Part shown: piece by piece, positions 52,471 to 64,000 of the stretch
How the letters are laid out: the number at the start of each line of letters is the position of its first letter
How positions within the stretch are numbered: position 1 is the stretch's first letter
NCBI RefSeq assembly: GCF_009914755.1
Contig: NC_060941.1
DNA length: 64,000 bases
Strand: one strand, 5' to 3'
Source: the human T2T-CHM13v2.0 reference genome, Homo sapiens
Translations under genes and position numbers: made by a program
The notes under the pieces: model-generated
Told to the model about the DNA's origin: nothing
What the model saw: only the letters and a program-made list of their open reading frames with translations
Database searches by the model: none

Positions 52471-54497
52471 TCATCAACAAATCTGATGAAAAAGAGCATA
52501 TGTGATTATTTTAACACAGCAGGTTATGACCAGTCTTTGAATATTGATCCAGGAATGTGCACTGCATTTAATTAGAAAACATACTTTTAACTTTTTCTGA
52601 ACTCCTAGGGCATATCTATTCACACAAAATATCGCAAGGCCTCAGTTTAAAAAAAAAAGGAGCAGTTGTATTTAATCTTAAGGGACTACAAAACTGCCTT
52701 GTTTAAAAATATGAAAATTCTTATGCTATTTTTAAGATACTTTTATTACTTTTATTTTTCACATCAAAATTACTTAATTGAACATTAAGCATCTAATAAA
52801 AAGTTATAAATATTCTATCACATGTGATACTATGCACTTCATGATTTGAAACAGCTACAAACTCATTCTCATAGAATATGAGGTAGGGCCAGTAGTAACC
52901 CCATTTTACAAAGGAAGAAAATGAGATGTGACTATTTACTAGTGAAAAGGCTAAAGTTAAATTTCATTTCTCAAAAACTACACCTTCTTATTAGCCTAAT
53001 TTCTTTTACAAGTGAAGCGGTCTGGCCAGGTGCGGTGGCTCACACCTGTAATCCCAGCACTTTGGGAGGCCAAGGTGGGCAGATCACCTGAGGCCAGGAG
53101 TTCAAAACCAGTCTGGGCAACATGGCAAACCCCCGTCTCTACTAAAAATACAAAAATACAGGTGGCGCGTGCCTGCAGTCCCAGCTACTCAGGAGGTTGA
53201 GGCACGAGAATCCCTTGAACCCAGGTGGCAGAAGTTGCAGTGAGCCAAGATCATCCCACTGCACTCCAGCCTGGGCAACAGGGGAAGACTCCACCTCAGG
53301 AAAAAAAAAAAAAAAACACAAGTGAAGAGGTCTGTTTCAAGTGGGGGTGGGGAAGTGTGTGATTGAGGTATATCTCAGAGAGAAAAAAGGGAATTACTTT
53401 CTACATTGATAATTTTTTTTTAATGATTAGGGTTTACCTGAATATGTCTGCCTAATCAATGGAAGTTACTGACAGAGGACTGCAAAATCCTTCGGCAAGA
53501 CAATATTTTCTACACTTTAACTTTTCCTCAGGTTCAAACACTGCATTTTCTTACTCAAAGATCTTCTCAAAGTAAGATATGAATTATAATCCTGATGACA
53601 AACCAAGAGCTCTTTAATCCAGTGGGTTTTATTGCTCTACCTTCATTTAATTTGATACATATTTCCCCCCTCTGAGCATTAGGTAAGTTAATAAAGCATT
53701 ATAAAAATAAATTTAAAACATAAAACTAAATGAGATCTCTCAGGTTCTTCTTTGAACAAAGATGTTTCTGTAAACACTTTTACACCAGTATCTTAAAATT
53801 CCAAATTATTCAAGTATCTCTTTAAACATATGGCTTCATATATTAATAAAAATTGAAGCAAATATGTGAAATCTTTAAATCCTCATCTGTATTTCCACAG
53901 AAATCATTTACAAAAGCTACTTGCCTTTTTAAAAGTCTTCTCAATACTCTTTCTTGAGAACTAGAATTCCAACTTGCATTACTATTACTTGCACTGCAAA
54001 TCTTTGAGATTTCTACTTGTGTTTTTAACTCCTATTATTTCCTTAATTCTCCTTTCCCTTTACCCTTTTTTCCTCTCCCATCTTTGCATCTTTGTCACAT
54101 TCTGTTACAAGCTCACAGTTAAAATAAACACTAGGGCTACCCACAGACTCATTTTTATAAGAAATTAAAGGCATGGCAGTCTTCACTTCAAAAGCTAAAT
54201 ACAAGGCCAAATTCCCTTTCCAATAATGAGTTTCTTACATGTGTTCCCAGTGGAAAAAAAAAAAGCTCAGCTGCTACAATAGAAACATATCAGCAAAGTA
54301 GATCCAAAGATGTGCCAATCAGAAACAAGCAAGCATAATTCTCATAAAGTTCTAAACTATACTCATGTTGAATTGAATTGTTTTAGTGATTCCAAGACAA
54401 TACTTTACTGTTCCCATTCAGTTTAGAGTTGTTACTAATATGCAGATTCATGTTGGGTATATGCAGCAAACAACTTTTTGTTGTTTTAAATTTTGTT
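52308..54497 (-). other. INTS2: INTS2 3'UTR (~2.2 kb, contains an antisense Alu); distal end approximate
   Basis: Follows the stop codon; AU-rich; several AATAAA on the minus strand (e.g. 52466-52461). Confidence 0.75.
53024..53316 (+). mobile_element. AluS in the INTS2 3'UTR (antisense to the mRNA)
   Basis: TSD ACAAGTGAAG(C/A)GGTCT at 53008-53023 and 53318-53333. Confidence 0.93.
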
Positions 54498-54667
54498 TTA
54501 AATTCCACTAACACTCATATTTATTATTTCAATTACTGTTCTTTCAATACAGTGACAGAGCTGTACATCAGGATCCATGCTTCCAGTGTCCCTGGATCCA
54601 TTTTTATAAGATGAATCTTTACAGATTTGAGACCATCCACTTGGTTTCTCCTTTATTTGTTGAAGAC
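54498..54667 (-). CDS. INTS2: INTS2 last coding exon: (R)LQQIKEKPSGWSQICKDSSYKNGSRDTGSMDPDVQLCHCIERTVIEIINMSVSGI*
   Basis: tgtag acceptor; TAA at 54500-54498; recognised as the Integrator subunit 2 C-terminus. Confidence 0.93.
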
Positions 54668-54773
54668 CTACAACATAAGGGAAAAAAAACATTAAGGCCA
54701 AGAAATTTGGAAAGGAATTTGGCCTTTTTGTTTGAGATATTAAGATAACCCTTGAAAATAAGTTACCACTTAC

Positions 54774-54950
54774 GTGTAATAATTGGATCAATGTCTCTTG
54801 TCTGAGTGGCAACATCAGAGGCACAAACTTGCCCTATTTGGATCAGCAAAGACATAATATCCTCATACAATGGAGGAAATGCTCGACAAAAAGAGACCAA
54901 ACTTGGCAGAGTTGGCATAAAAAAAGCATACCGCTTAGCCTGTGTTAAAA
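54774..54950 (-). CDS. INTS2: INTS2 penultimate exon (177 nt): VLTQAKRYAFFMPTLPSLVSFCRAFPPLYEDIMSLLIQIGQVCASDVATQTRDIDPIIT
   Basis: ccaacag acceptor, gtaagt donor, in frame. Confidence 0.94.
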
Positions 54951-55974
54951 CTGTTGGAAAAAAATGAAACAATATTTTAGTTTACAAATATAAATTCAAC
55001 ACAGCTTACACAACATACTAAGGGGAACTATGCTCTGTGCTGGAGATATGAAGTTCTCTAAACACAGCCAACCCGTCTTCAGAAAGCTCACAATCTAGTA
55101 GTCTCAGTCTTTATCCAAGATACAAATTATTATGCACAAGTTTTGCAATAAGTACATTACATGCATTATTTCATTGAATTCCTACAATCTTATGAATGAC
55201 CAAAGTACTATTATGACACTCATTTTATATATGAGAAAACTCTTAAAAAAAGGTTAGAGAGGTTAAGAAACTTGTTAAAGATCACAAGCCAGTTAGTGGT
55301 GGGGCTGAGATTGAATTCAGGCAGTGTAAACTCTTAATCACTACAAATAATTATAACAGGATATAAATACGATGAAAAGAAAAACAACAGGGTATTATGG
55401 AAATATTATAATGAGAAAGAATACTAAGTTAACTATGCCATTACATTAAGGGTTGCATTATAGTTCATATATTTTAAAGTAGTTTATTTTCAGACCATTT
55501 TATTCTACAAACCAGAAGGTGGTTAAAATATCAGAATATGTTTTAGAACTTATGAAGACATCTAATACATTTATCTTTCATTTATACATATGATGATATT
55601 TTTCTGGAACTCTGAGCATTTGTAATAAATGAACATTTGTTATCTACTGATACAATTACATTCTGAAAGTGTATTTGTTTTCCATTTATAAAATACAGAA
55701 AGCTTATATTTACAAATCTATATATACTCATTCACAAAATGAAAAATACAATTTGCCTACCTATTCATTCCCACTACACTATAAATCACATTTGTAAACA
55801 GAAGTTTCCAAAAGAAGAATTCAAAAGACGGCATAAGTTAAACTAGTATTTAACACATATTGTATCATACTGTCTCAGAGTGACAGAAAAAACATATTGC
55901 ATCACTAAATGCAGAAAATATAGGAACTATAATAATTTATGTCAGATGTTTGTTGATGTTGATTGGCTACATAC

Positions 55975-56080
55975 CTGTTAACAAAGTTCCCATGACATTG
56001 ACAGCTAAACGAGCCACACTAAGTGACTTTGGTAATGCATATTGTATACACAAGTGAGAAAGCAACTGGATAGCAAATAT
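55975..56080 (-). CDS. INTS2: INTS2 exon (106 nt): IFAIQLLSHLCIQYALPKSLSVARLAVNVMGTLLT
   Basis: tgcag/gtatgt boundaries, in frame. Confidence 0.93.
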
Positions 56081-56213
56081 CTGCAATACAAAATCCAGTT
56101 ATTACATGTTTCTCAAGAATATCTTTAGGTATTAAAAATTATAAAATGTTTTGTATAACTAGTAAGACTGGAGAGAGAGATCAATTGTCCTAAAGCTCCA
56201 AAATGCTCATTAC

Positions 56214-56321
56214 CTGTTTCTCAAGTTCTGGCTGTGCAATAAGCTCAGGTATGAAATCTAGACAGATGTGCATAGATGGAATACCTGCGACCGTCAGAGG
56301 CAAAAGTTCACATGGATAACC
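56214..56321 (-). CDS. INTS2: INTS2 exon (108 nt): GYPCELLPLTVAGIPSMHICLDFIPELIAQPELEKQ
   Basis: atag/gtaatg boundaries, phase 0-0. Confidence 0.94.
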
Positions 56322-56677
56322 CTATCTCAACAAGAAACGGGAAAAAAGTCAGAAATAAAATAACTATAAAAGTACAGATAAAAATACAAATGAAAGATTT
56401 CATTTCCTTTCTGTAAAAATTGCTCAGAAGGCTATAGTGCCCCATATGTAACCTGGCATTTCACTTTTCTGATGCACTAGAATAGAGATTAAACTATCGA
56501 ACATTTCATTAGGTTAAAAAAAAAAACAACTAAAAATCTGGATTTTTCTCCATATTGCAAAAGCCCATGGATCATTTGTGTTTTCTCTGGTTTCTAAATG
56601 ATCCCTGTTAATATAGTATTCAAAGCCCCCAAGAAAAATAAAGTTCAAACACAAAGCATCATTCTTTGGAAACAGAC

Positions 56678-56929
56678 CTGAAAGTGAACAAGCTTAGCAA
56701 TGTTGGGATCTGCAATGTACATTTGGTGCAAGAGACAACAGATAAGGCACTGAACTTCTCGAAGGTTACAGAGCAAATTGTCTTCTCCTTCCTCCATTCC
56801 CTTATTTGGAGCGCTGGTGGTAATAACACTTTGAACATTTCTTAACAAGCTATCTGGATTGACACCATTTGCTTTCTCCTCTTCAGTAGGTAGGCAAATC
56901 TCTAAGAGAATCTGGACAGCTGCACTATC
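56678..56929 (-). CDS. INTS2: INTS2 exon (252 nt): DSAAVQILLEICLPTEEEK...CLLHQMYIADPNIAKLVHFQ
   Basis: atag/gtctgt boundaries; overlaps ORF 56645-56848. Confidence 0.94.
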
Positions 56930-57084
56930 CTATAAGCAAACAAAACATAGAAAAAGTAAGAAGTTTCTAAGAAGTTAAAAAACAAATCAGATTTTATTTT
57001 CACATGAACAGATATGATAAAATAACTAATTTCTTAAACACACATACACAAAGAGGTACTTCTAAGAGCAGAACTGAGCAATCT

Positions 57085-57255
57085 GTAGAGCAGTGGTTCT
57101 CACCTTTTTAGGATTATGAACCCCTTAAGAATCTAAAGAAAACTATGTACCCTCTCCCGATAAAAATTAACATACATAAACAAACATCATTACATAATGA
57201 TATCACATATCTCTAAAATAGATCCATGGACTCCAGTTTAAGAATATCTACTAGA
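57085..57255. mobile_element. hAT-Charlie MITE
   Basis: tagagcagtggttctca...taagaatatctactaga ends. Confidence 0.6.
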
Positions 57256-58039
57256 AGAGTATCATGAATTCAGTTACATCCAAAACAGGCCCTAGGCAAA
57301 AATGACTTCTACCAGAATGTCCTTTCCTTCCTCTTAATCTCCTACTTTTCCCAGTATGCTATCCTGATTTCCCTTTTTTTCAACCTGTTTAAGGCTCTGG
57401 TTTCACAAGGAAAGAGTCTACCTTACCATCCATTCCACCTGCACAACTCATTGCTCAGTCTACAGGCTTGAGCATCATTGCACAGAGCAGTAGCTTGAGG
57501 GGTAATGGCAATATATTTGAGGCCCCTATATATAAAGGAGAGCTAAAATCACTCTCATCTAGCAGAAAGAAGTAAAAAATAAAAATGAATACATGACATC
57601 CACCTCTGATAGACAGCTACTGCCTAAGGTAGAGAAAACAATTACTTGAGCTAAGTGATTAAGAACTTATTATAAAGTGAGGTTAGACTACTTTATAATC
57701 ATGGTTCTTGGGGAAAGGAGTTTTTGGTTATTGTTATTGTTATTGTTTTGTTTTCTTTTGTTGTTGTTGACTCAGGAGCCAGAGTGCCTAGGAGTGAATC
57801 CTGGTTCTGACATTTACTAAATGTGTAACCATGAGCAAGTCACTTAACTTCTCTGGGTCACATTTTCCTACTCTGTAAAAATGGAGATAATACTCTATAC
57901 CTCATAGGTAGGTTATAAAAATTAAATGAGCTAATATATTTAAAGAACTTAGGCTAGCACCTACCATATGGTAAGCACTACACAGATGTTAGCTTTTATG
58001 ATCTTCAATCCCTTATCTGAAACTCCTAGGAACAGATTT

Positions 58040-58898
<859 letters not shown>

Positions 58899-59205
58899 TG
58901 TGCCGAATGAATAAACATGTAACTCTAAACTCAGAATAGGTAAACACTTAAATTTTATTAAAATATAAATCTTATTTAAATGGCTATTTCATTCATATCA
59001 TGAAGATTATTCCTGATTTCAGAAATACAACATATCTGATACTCAGAAGCAAAGGTAACATCATTGTAATAGATTCTATAATAAAAGAAATGCACAATAT
59101 GTCACCAATGTACATGGAGCGCACAATGTGCCATCTATTGAACTGATTATACTAGTAGAGAAGCCCTTGCTCTTTTTGACTAAATTTTACTTTAGCAAAA
59201 TTTAC

Positions 59206-59401
59206 CTGAGCGGCCAGTAATGCATTTTTCAATTCTTCCCTGGTAACTTCCGGAGCATCAGTTTGTCCAACTAAACCAATTGTATTATTCTGGGAAGGCC
59301 TATCTTGCTCTGTTTCCTTCAGATGAGCACTAAGGTAGGCTTTAGATGCAAGAAGATATCCATTCAACATGTGTAGGGTAATATCCATCAGTGGGGGGCA
59401 T
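59206..59401 (-). CDS. INTS2: INTS2 exon (196 nt): CPPLMDITLHMLNGYLLASKAYLSAHL...REELKNALLAAQ
   Basis: ttag/gtaaat boundaries; overlaps ORF 59152-59475. Confidence 0.94.
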
Positions 59402-60184
59402 CTAAACAAGGAAAGCAGAAAAGAAAAATATATCAGAAAGAATATAAATTTATAAATTAGCCAGAACATGATCAATTTAGTTTAAATGCTGAGAAAAACC
59501 TGAGTAGTACATACTAACTTTTCCCACTAAAATATTCATTCTCAAAAGTTTAATATATGTTTCTTATTCTCTGTATTTCAAGCCCTTATATAAATAGTAT
59601 TACTTGTTTCATCTTATCAGCTAAAGTCAAATATGTATAATGTAAATTCTAAAGAAAAGATGACCGGGTGCGGGCAAAACAATATTGCATGAAGAAAAAC
59701 TGTAATACACGTACAAAAAGCTGATATCCTTTATAGATAAAGAGCTCTTTAAGTCAATAAAAAATATAGGCTAAAATATAAAGATGAAATAAATGGCCAG
59801 TAAATACTGTTAAATGTCCAGTCTAATAAGAATATAAATTAAAATGGGAATCTATTTTCACCTATCAAATTGGAAAAGATTATATCAAATAGTGCAGGAA
59901 AGTATATACTATCAAACACTGCTATGGAATGTAAACCAGTTCAGCCTTTCTACATAGTAGAATGAAAATCTGAATTAAAAGTCTTGAAAATGAGCACGAC
60001 ACTTTTGCCCCAATAATTCCATTTTCCCATGTTCTAATGAAATACTCAGCATGGGGAAATGCACATAATCACCAAAGCACTATTGATAAAAGCAAAAAGT
60101 AGAAATAAAATATCCTAGGGGATTGGGTTAAGCATAGCTCTATAAAATGGAATACCATATAGCCAATTAAGATAAGAATATAAA

Positions 60185-60315
60185 CTAGGCACAGCAGCAC
60201 ACAACTGTAATCCCAGCTACTCAGGAGGCTGAGGCAAGAGGATTGCTTAAGCCCAGGAGTTCAAGACCAGCCTGGACAACATAGCAAGACCCCCAACTCA
60301 AAAAATAAAAATAAA
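60185..60315 (+). mobile_element. FLAM monomer within an old L1ME fragment
   Basis: Single Alu-like monomer with A-rich tail. Confidence 0.8.
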
Positions 60316-61020
60316 TTTGAAATAAGAACATTAACATGAAAAAAGGTTCACAAGTTGTTAAGTGAAAAATCCGAGCTACAAAAACATTAGATACAATTTG
60401 ATAACAGAATTTAACAACTTCCTTAAAAACTGAATCACCTAAGGTGATTCAGGTGTAAGCTCACCTATTTCAGTGGATTTTTAACAATGATAAATCATTT
60501 TTTCAAGAAACAGCTCTTTTCTAGAAGTGTTATTTATTGTGGTTTCCTTTTATTAGATACTTAACATCATTTACATACACAGTTTGTTCTGATTCCTATT
60601 TCCTATGAGATCTTAATCTTACCAAACCATATTTAGCTAATTTTGTAGATTTTGTCACTTCGAGAATGTCATCCCTTGGTTGATGACAGACAAGTTTAAA
60701 TATCAAGTGTGTCCTATTTAGTCTTCCTTACTAGTTTCTCTCTCCTCTAATCCACCTAGCACAAAGCATCTTTTCCTAAGTTATAACCCCAACCACATTA
60801 GCCTAATATTCAAGGCCCTCGATAGCCTGACCCCAATTTAACTTTCCAACTGTAAAATGTTCTCTTTTCAAAAATAACCCTCTTCACGGCTTCCTCATTC
60901 TTGCTTCTAAACTTCTGCTCATACTACTCTTTTTCTCAAAGTACCTTCCTTGACTCCCTGACCCCCATCTTTATACTATTAGATGAACAAATATTCACCT
61001 AAACCCTATGTCCACTCTTC

Positions 61021-61123
61021 TTTTTTTAAGTTTAAATAAAGCAGTGGGAGTGAAGAGGGAACAAAGAAATCTGTACCTGATTATGATCAATCAGTTGTAA
61101 ATACCACTGCACTCGAACCAGCC
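61021..61123 (-). pseudogene. Y3 RNA (RNY3) retropseudogene
   Basis: Minus strand GGCTGGTTCGAGTGCAGTGGTATTTACAACTGATTGATCATAATCAGGTACAGATTTCTTTGTTCCCTCTTCACTCCCACTGCTT, then A7 tail; ~14-bp TSD CTA..TCCACTCTT at 61006-61019 and 61124-61137. Confidence 0.92.
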
Positions 61124-61853
61124 CTAACTCCACTCTTTGAAACATTACCCATGTCCCATCTCCTCTGCATCTTTCCTGAACTTTTAAGAACATTCATTTA
61201 CCACACCATTCATCTACATGAGCATATTACGTAACTTATCATGTATCTATCTTATGTCCCATGCAAATGATAATCACTTTAAAGGAAAGCCCCTCAACTT
61301 ATATGTTTTTGATAGTACTTATCATAACAAGTGTGACTCAAAGATTAATGATAGGAATTAACTAAATTCTACCTTTTGAGATGAAGCCACTTGAAAGCAA
61401 TGCTGAAGTTTAGCAATTGGTAAGGATTTAGAGCCAAATGTGGAATCAATGAAGCTAACATCACTATTGTGCATGCCAAAAAGATCACAGTTTTAACGCA
61501 GGTAACGGTTCACAAGAAACCAGTTTTTTAAAAACCTTTTTAATGTGAGAACAGAAATAGTTATTCTTTACTGGTCTAAATTGTGAGAGAGAAAAACCAC
61601 TATTTGTGGCACCAAAACCAAGAATGGCATTTCTCTAAAGCTAGGTTTTATTAATCACATACTAAATATTAAAATGAATATACATTTCATGAATAAACAC
61701 AACTAAAAAAATAAGACAAAAAACCGCACAGGTCACACTGCCTACTTATCTGCAAGAAAAATTAAAATATAAGTTTAAACTGAATTTCATCAATTTCTTT
61801 TGACTCTCCAAAGTACAGCTCTATAATAAAAATGAAACTCAAATGACATGTAC

Positions 61854-61979
61854 CTGTGAACCCTCTGATCACACCTTAGGACAATGAGAGGATCTATCAT
61901 CAGGTCATTCTGAGTATACTTTTGTTGTCGTACAAACTTTATTGAAGGCTGAAGTGCATTAACCGTCATTACCCATAGC
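61854..61979 (-). CDS. INTS2: INTS2 exon (126 nt): LWVMTVNALQPSIKFVRQQKYTQNDLMIDPLIVLRCDQRVHR
   Basis: tcag/gtacat boundaries, phase 2-2, in frame with the next exon. Confidence 0.93.
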
Positions 61980-62825
61980 CTGATAAGAAAATAATCACAT
62001 GTTCAAAACAGTTTTTTATATATTAAAATCTGTAGCCATCCAGTCCTTTCTATCTTAGAAAGTTATATTCAGTAAATAATTAGAAAATACATATGAATGA
62101 ACTTTGAAAAAATTTAAGCTACAGACATCTAACCTATTAAAATATCTCTTTAAAAAACACAGAGATAAAACAGTAAACACAAAGTAGTTTCAGAAACGTT
62201 CACAGTTGTAATGGAATAATCATGGCATATAAAATTAAAACCTGAGTTAAAACCTTAGTTATACCATACTTGCTATATGACTCTGTGTAAGTCACTGAGG
62301 CTCTCTAAACTGTTTCCTCGTCTGTAAAATAGAAATGACATAATACCTGTAAATGAAATAAGACTTGCCAAAACATTCTGTATCTAGTTCCATAAATATA
62401 AGTCACTATTCTGGATTTATCATCATAAAGTCTCCAAGTGAGATGCCACTTTGAGATTAGACATTAATAGATTATAAGTGGTTACTAAAATGACTGCACA
62501 TCATAATTACTAAGGGTTATGCAAATACAGAAGGTACTTGATCTTACAGTGAAGCCCAGGAATCCACCAGAGAACTTCCCCCTCTTAAATATGACTGTAT
62601 AAACAAGGATCATCAGACACTTAAAGAAAGCTTTTACTTTGAAAAAGATTAAAATATACAAACAGAAAAAAAGGAACTCCAAACAGAAAATGTAGGGATA
62701 AGGAGAAAAAAAATTTTCGAACTATTAATATCCTAAAAGAATAAAGTATTTTATACATGAAACAAGAACAAGAGGCATTTAAGAATATTCAGATAACAAA
62801 GAGCTCTTAGAATTAAGAAGAACAG

Positions 62826-63683
62826 GGCCTGACACAGTGGCTCACACCTGTGAAATCCCAGCACTTTGGGAGGCTGAGGCAGAAGGTTCGCTTGAGCCCA
62901 GGAGTTCAAGACTAGCCTGGGCAGCATAGTGAGACACCATCTCTACAAAAACTAAAAAAAATTAGGCAGGCACGGGGGTATGCACCTGTAGTCCAGCTAT
63001 TTGGGAGGCTGAGGCAGAAGGATCGTTTGAGCCCATGAGTTGAGGTTACAGTGAACTATGATTGTGCCACTGCAGTCCAGCCTGGGTGACAAAGCAAGAC
63101 CCTGTATCTAAAAAGTAAAAATAAAAAATAATTTTTTAAAAAATGAACTAGAATTCCACACTTAGGCTAAATATCAGTCACATATGAGAATAATTCAGCA
63201 TCTCAAAAAAGTTAAGTTTACCACACTCTCTTTCTCAGGAAGCGAGATGAGTGTGTGTTCCATTCACTAAAACGAGGATATAAACCAAGAAAGAGAAAAA
63301 TATGGAATCCAACAAAGAAGAGTGACAATAGCAATTTGTCCCAGATGGGAACATGAAGACAGAAAGCTCTGAAAGGAATGTCTCCAAGAAAAAAAAAATA
63401 GTGTTTCTTTTGTTTTTTTTTGAGACAGGGTTTCAGTGGCACGATCTCACCTCACTGAAGCCTCCATCTCCTGGGCTCAAGCGATCGTCCTGCCTCAGCC
63501 CACCAAGTAGCTGGGAATACAGGCATGCATGCACCACCATGCCCTGCTAATTTTTGTATTTTTTGTAGAGACGGGGTTTCACCATGTTGCCCAAGCTGGT
63601 CTTGAACTCCTGAGCTCAGGTGATCCGTCCACCTCGGCCTCCCAAAGTGCTAAGATTACAGGTGTGGGCCAGTGCACCCAGCC
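62826..63683. mobile_element. Inverted Alu pair: AluJ(+) 62826-63128 and Alu(-) 63403-63683
   Basis: Tail-to-tail Alus ~275 bp apart. Confidence 0.9.
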
Positions 63684-64000
63684 AAAAAAATGTTAATGAT
63701 ACATTATCTGATGTGTTATGATTAAGTGTGAAGTAAATTTCCCCTCAATAATGAAGCTTGGGGATGAATTAGTTATTGGTTATTGATACCAATTTAAAAA
63801 ACTGAGCAAATAGAAAAAAGGTATTAACTAACCCAACATATATGTTGAGTAAGGGGGAGGGCACTTGCATAAGAATGAAATTGTAATTAAAGGATTATCA
63901 CATAGCTCAATTATGAAACCACTTCTGTAGTCATAATAATATGCATTTGAAATATTGCTTTAACAAAAATTTTAATATACCTGTGTTGTGAGAAACAGGA

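Noticed and set aside
54668-54824. N-terminal half of ORF 54498-54824
   Set aside because: Only 54498-54667 is real INTS2 coding sequence; the rest is intron plus an out-of-frame reading of the previous exon
59128-59141. Second CTCF-like motif (TCAATAGATGGCAC on minus strand; a similar one near 1426)
   Set aside because: Lacks the conserved CC(A/G)(C/G) 5' core; too weak to call without ChIP data

Overview
Primate DNA, recognisably human (chr17q23, BRIP1/INTS2 locus), with both genes on the minus strand in tandem. From right to left: the last seven coding exons and ~2.2-kb 3'UTR of INTS2 (61979 to ~52308), a ~1.8-kb spacer with a young AluY, the BRIP1 (FANCJ) CpG-island promoter, non-coding exon 1 (GC-AG first intron), coding exons 2-6 (codons 1-209: Q motif, Walker A, basic NLS region), and then 34 kb of BRIP1 intron 6. 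All exons were translated by hand and join in frame. Most of the remaining sequence is transposon-derived (~35 Alus, nested L1s, LTRs, hAT transposons, MIR/L2); nearly all ORF-track entries are Alu/L1 artefacts. I found no evidence of a new gene system. The most notable unexplained structures are: a templated inverted-duplication scar (21172-21433, copied from 20254-20346); an AluY with a twin-priming-type 5' inversion (25211-25518); a Y3 RNA retrocopy with target-site duplication in an INTS2 intron; a G-quadruplex motif at the TSS of this G4 helicase gene; a repeat-free enhancer-like island; a candidate CTCF site; and tandem Pumilio elements overlapping an INTS2 poly(A) signal. Repeat boundaries and subfamilies are by-eye estimates.
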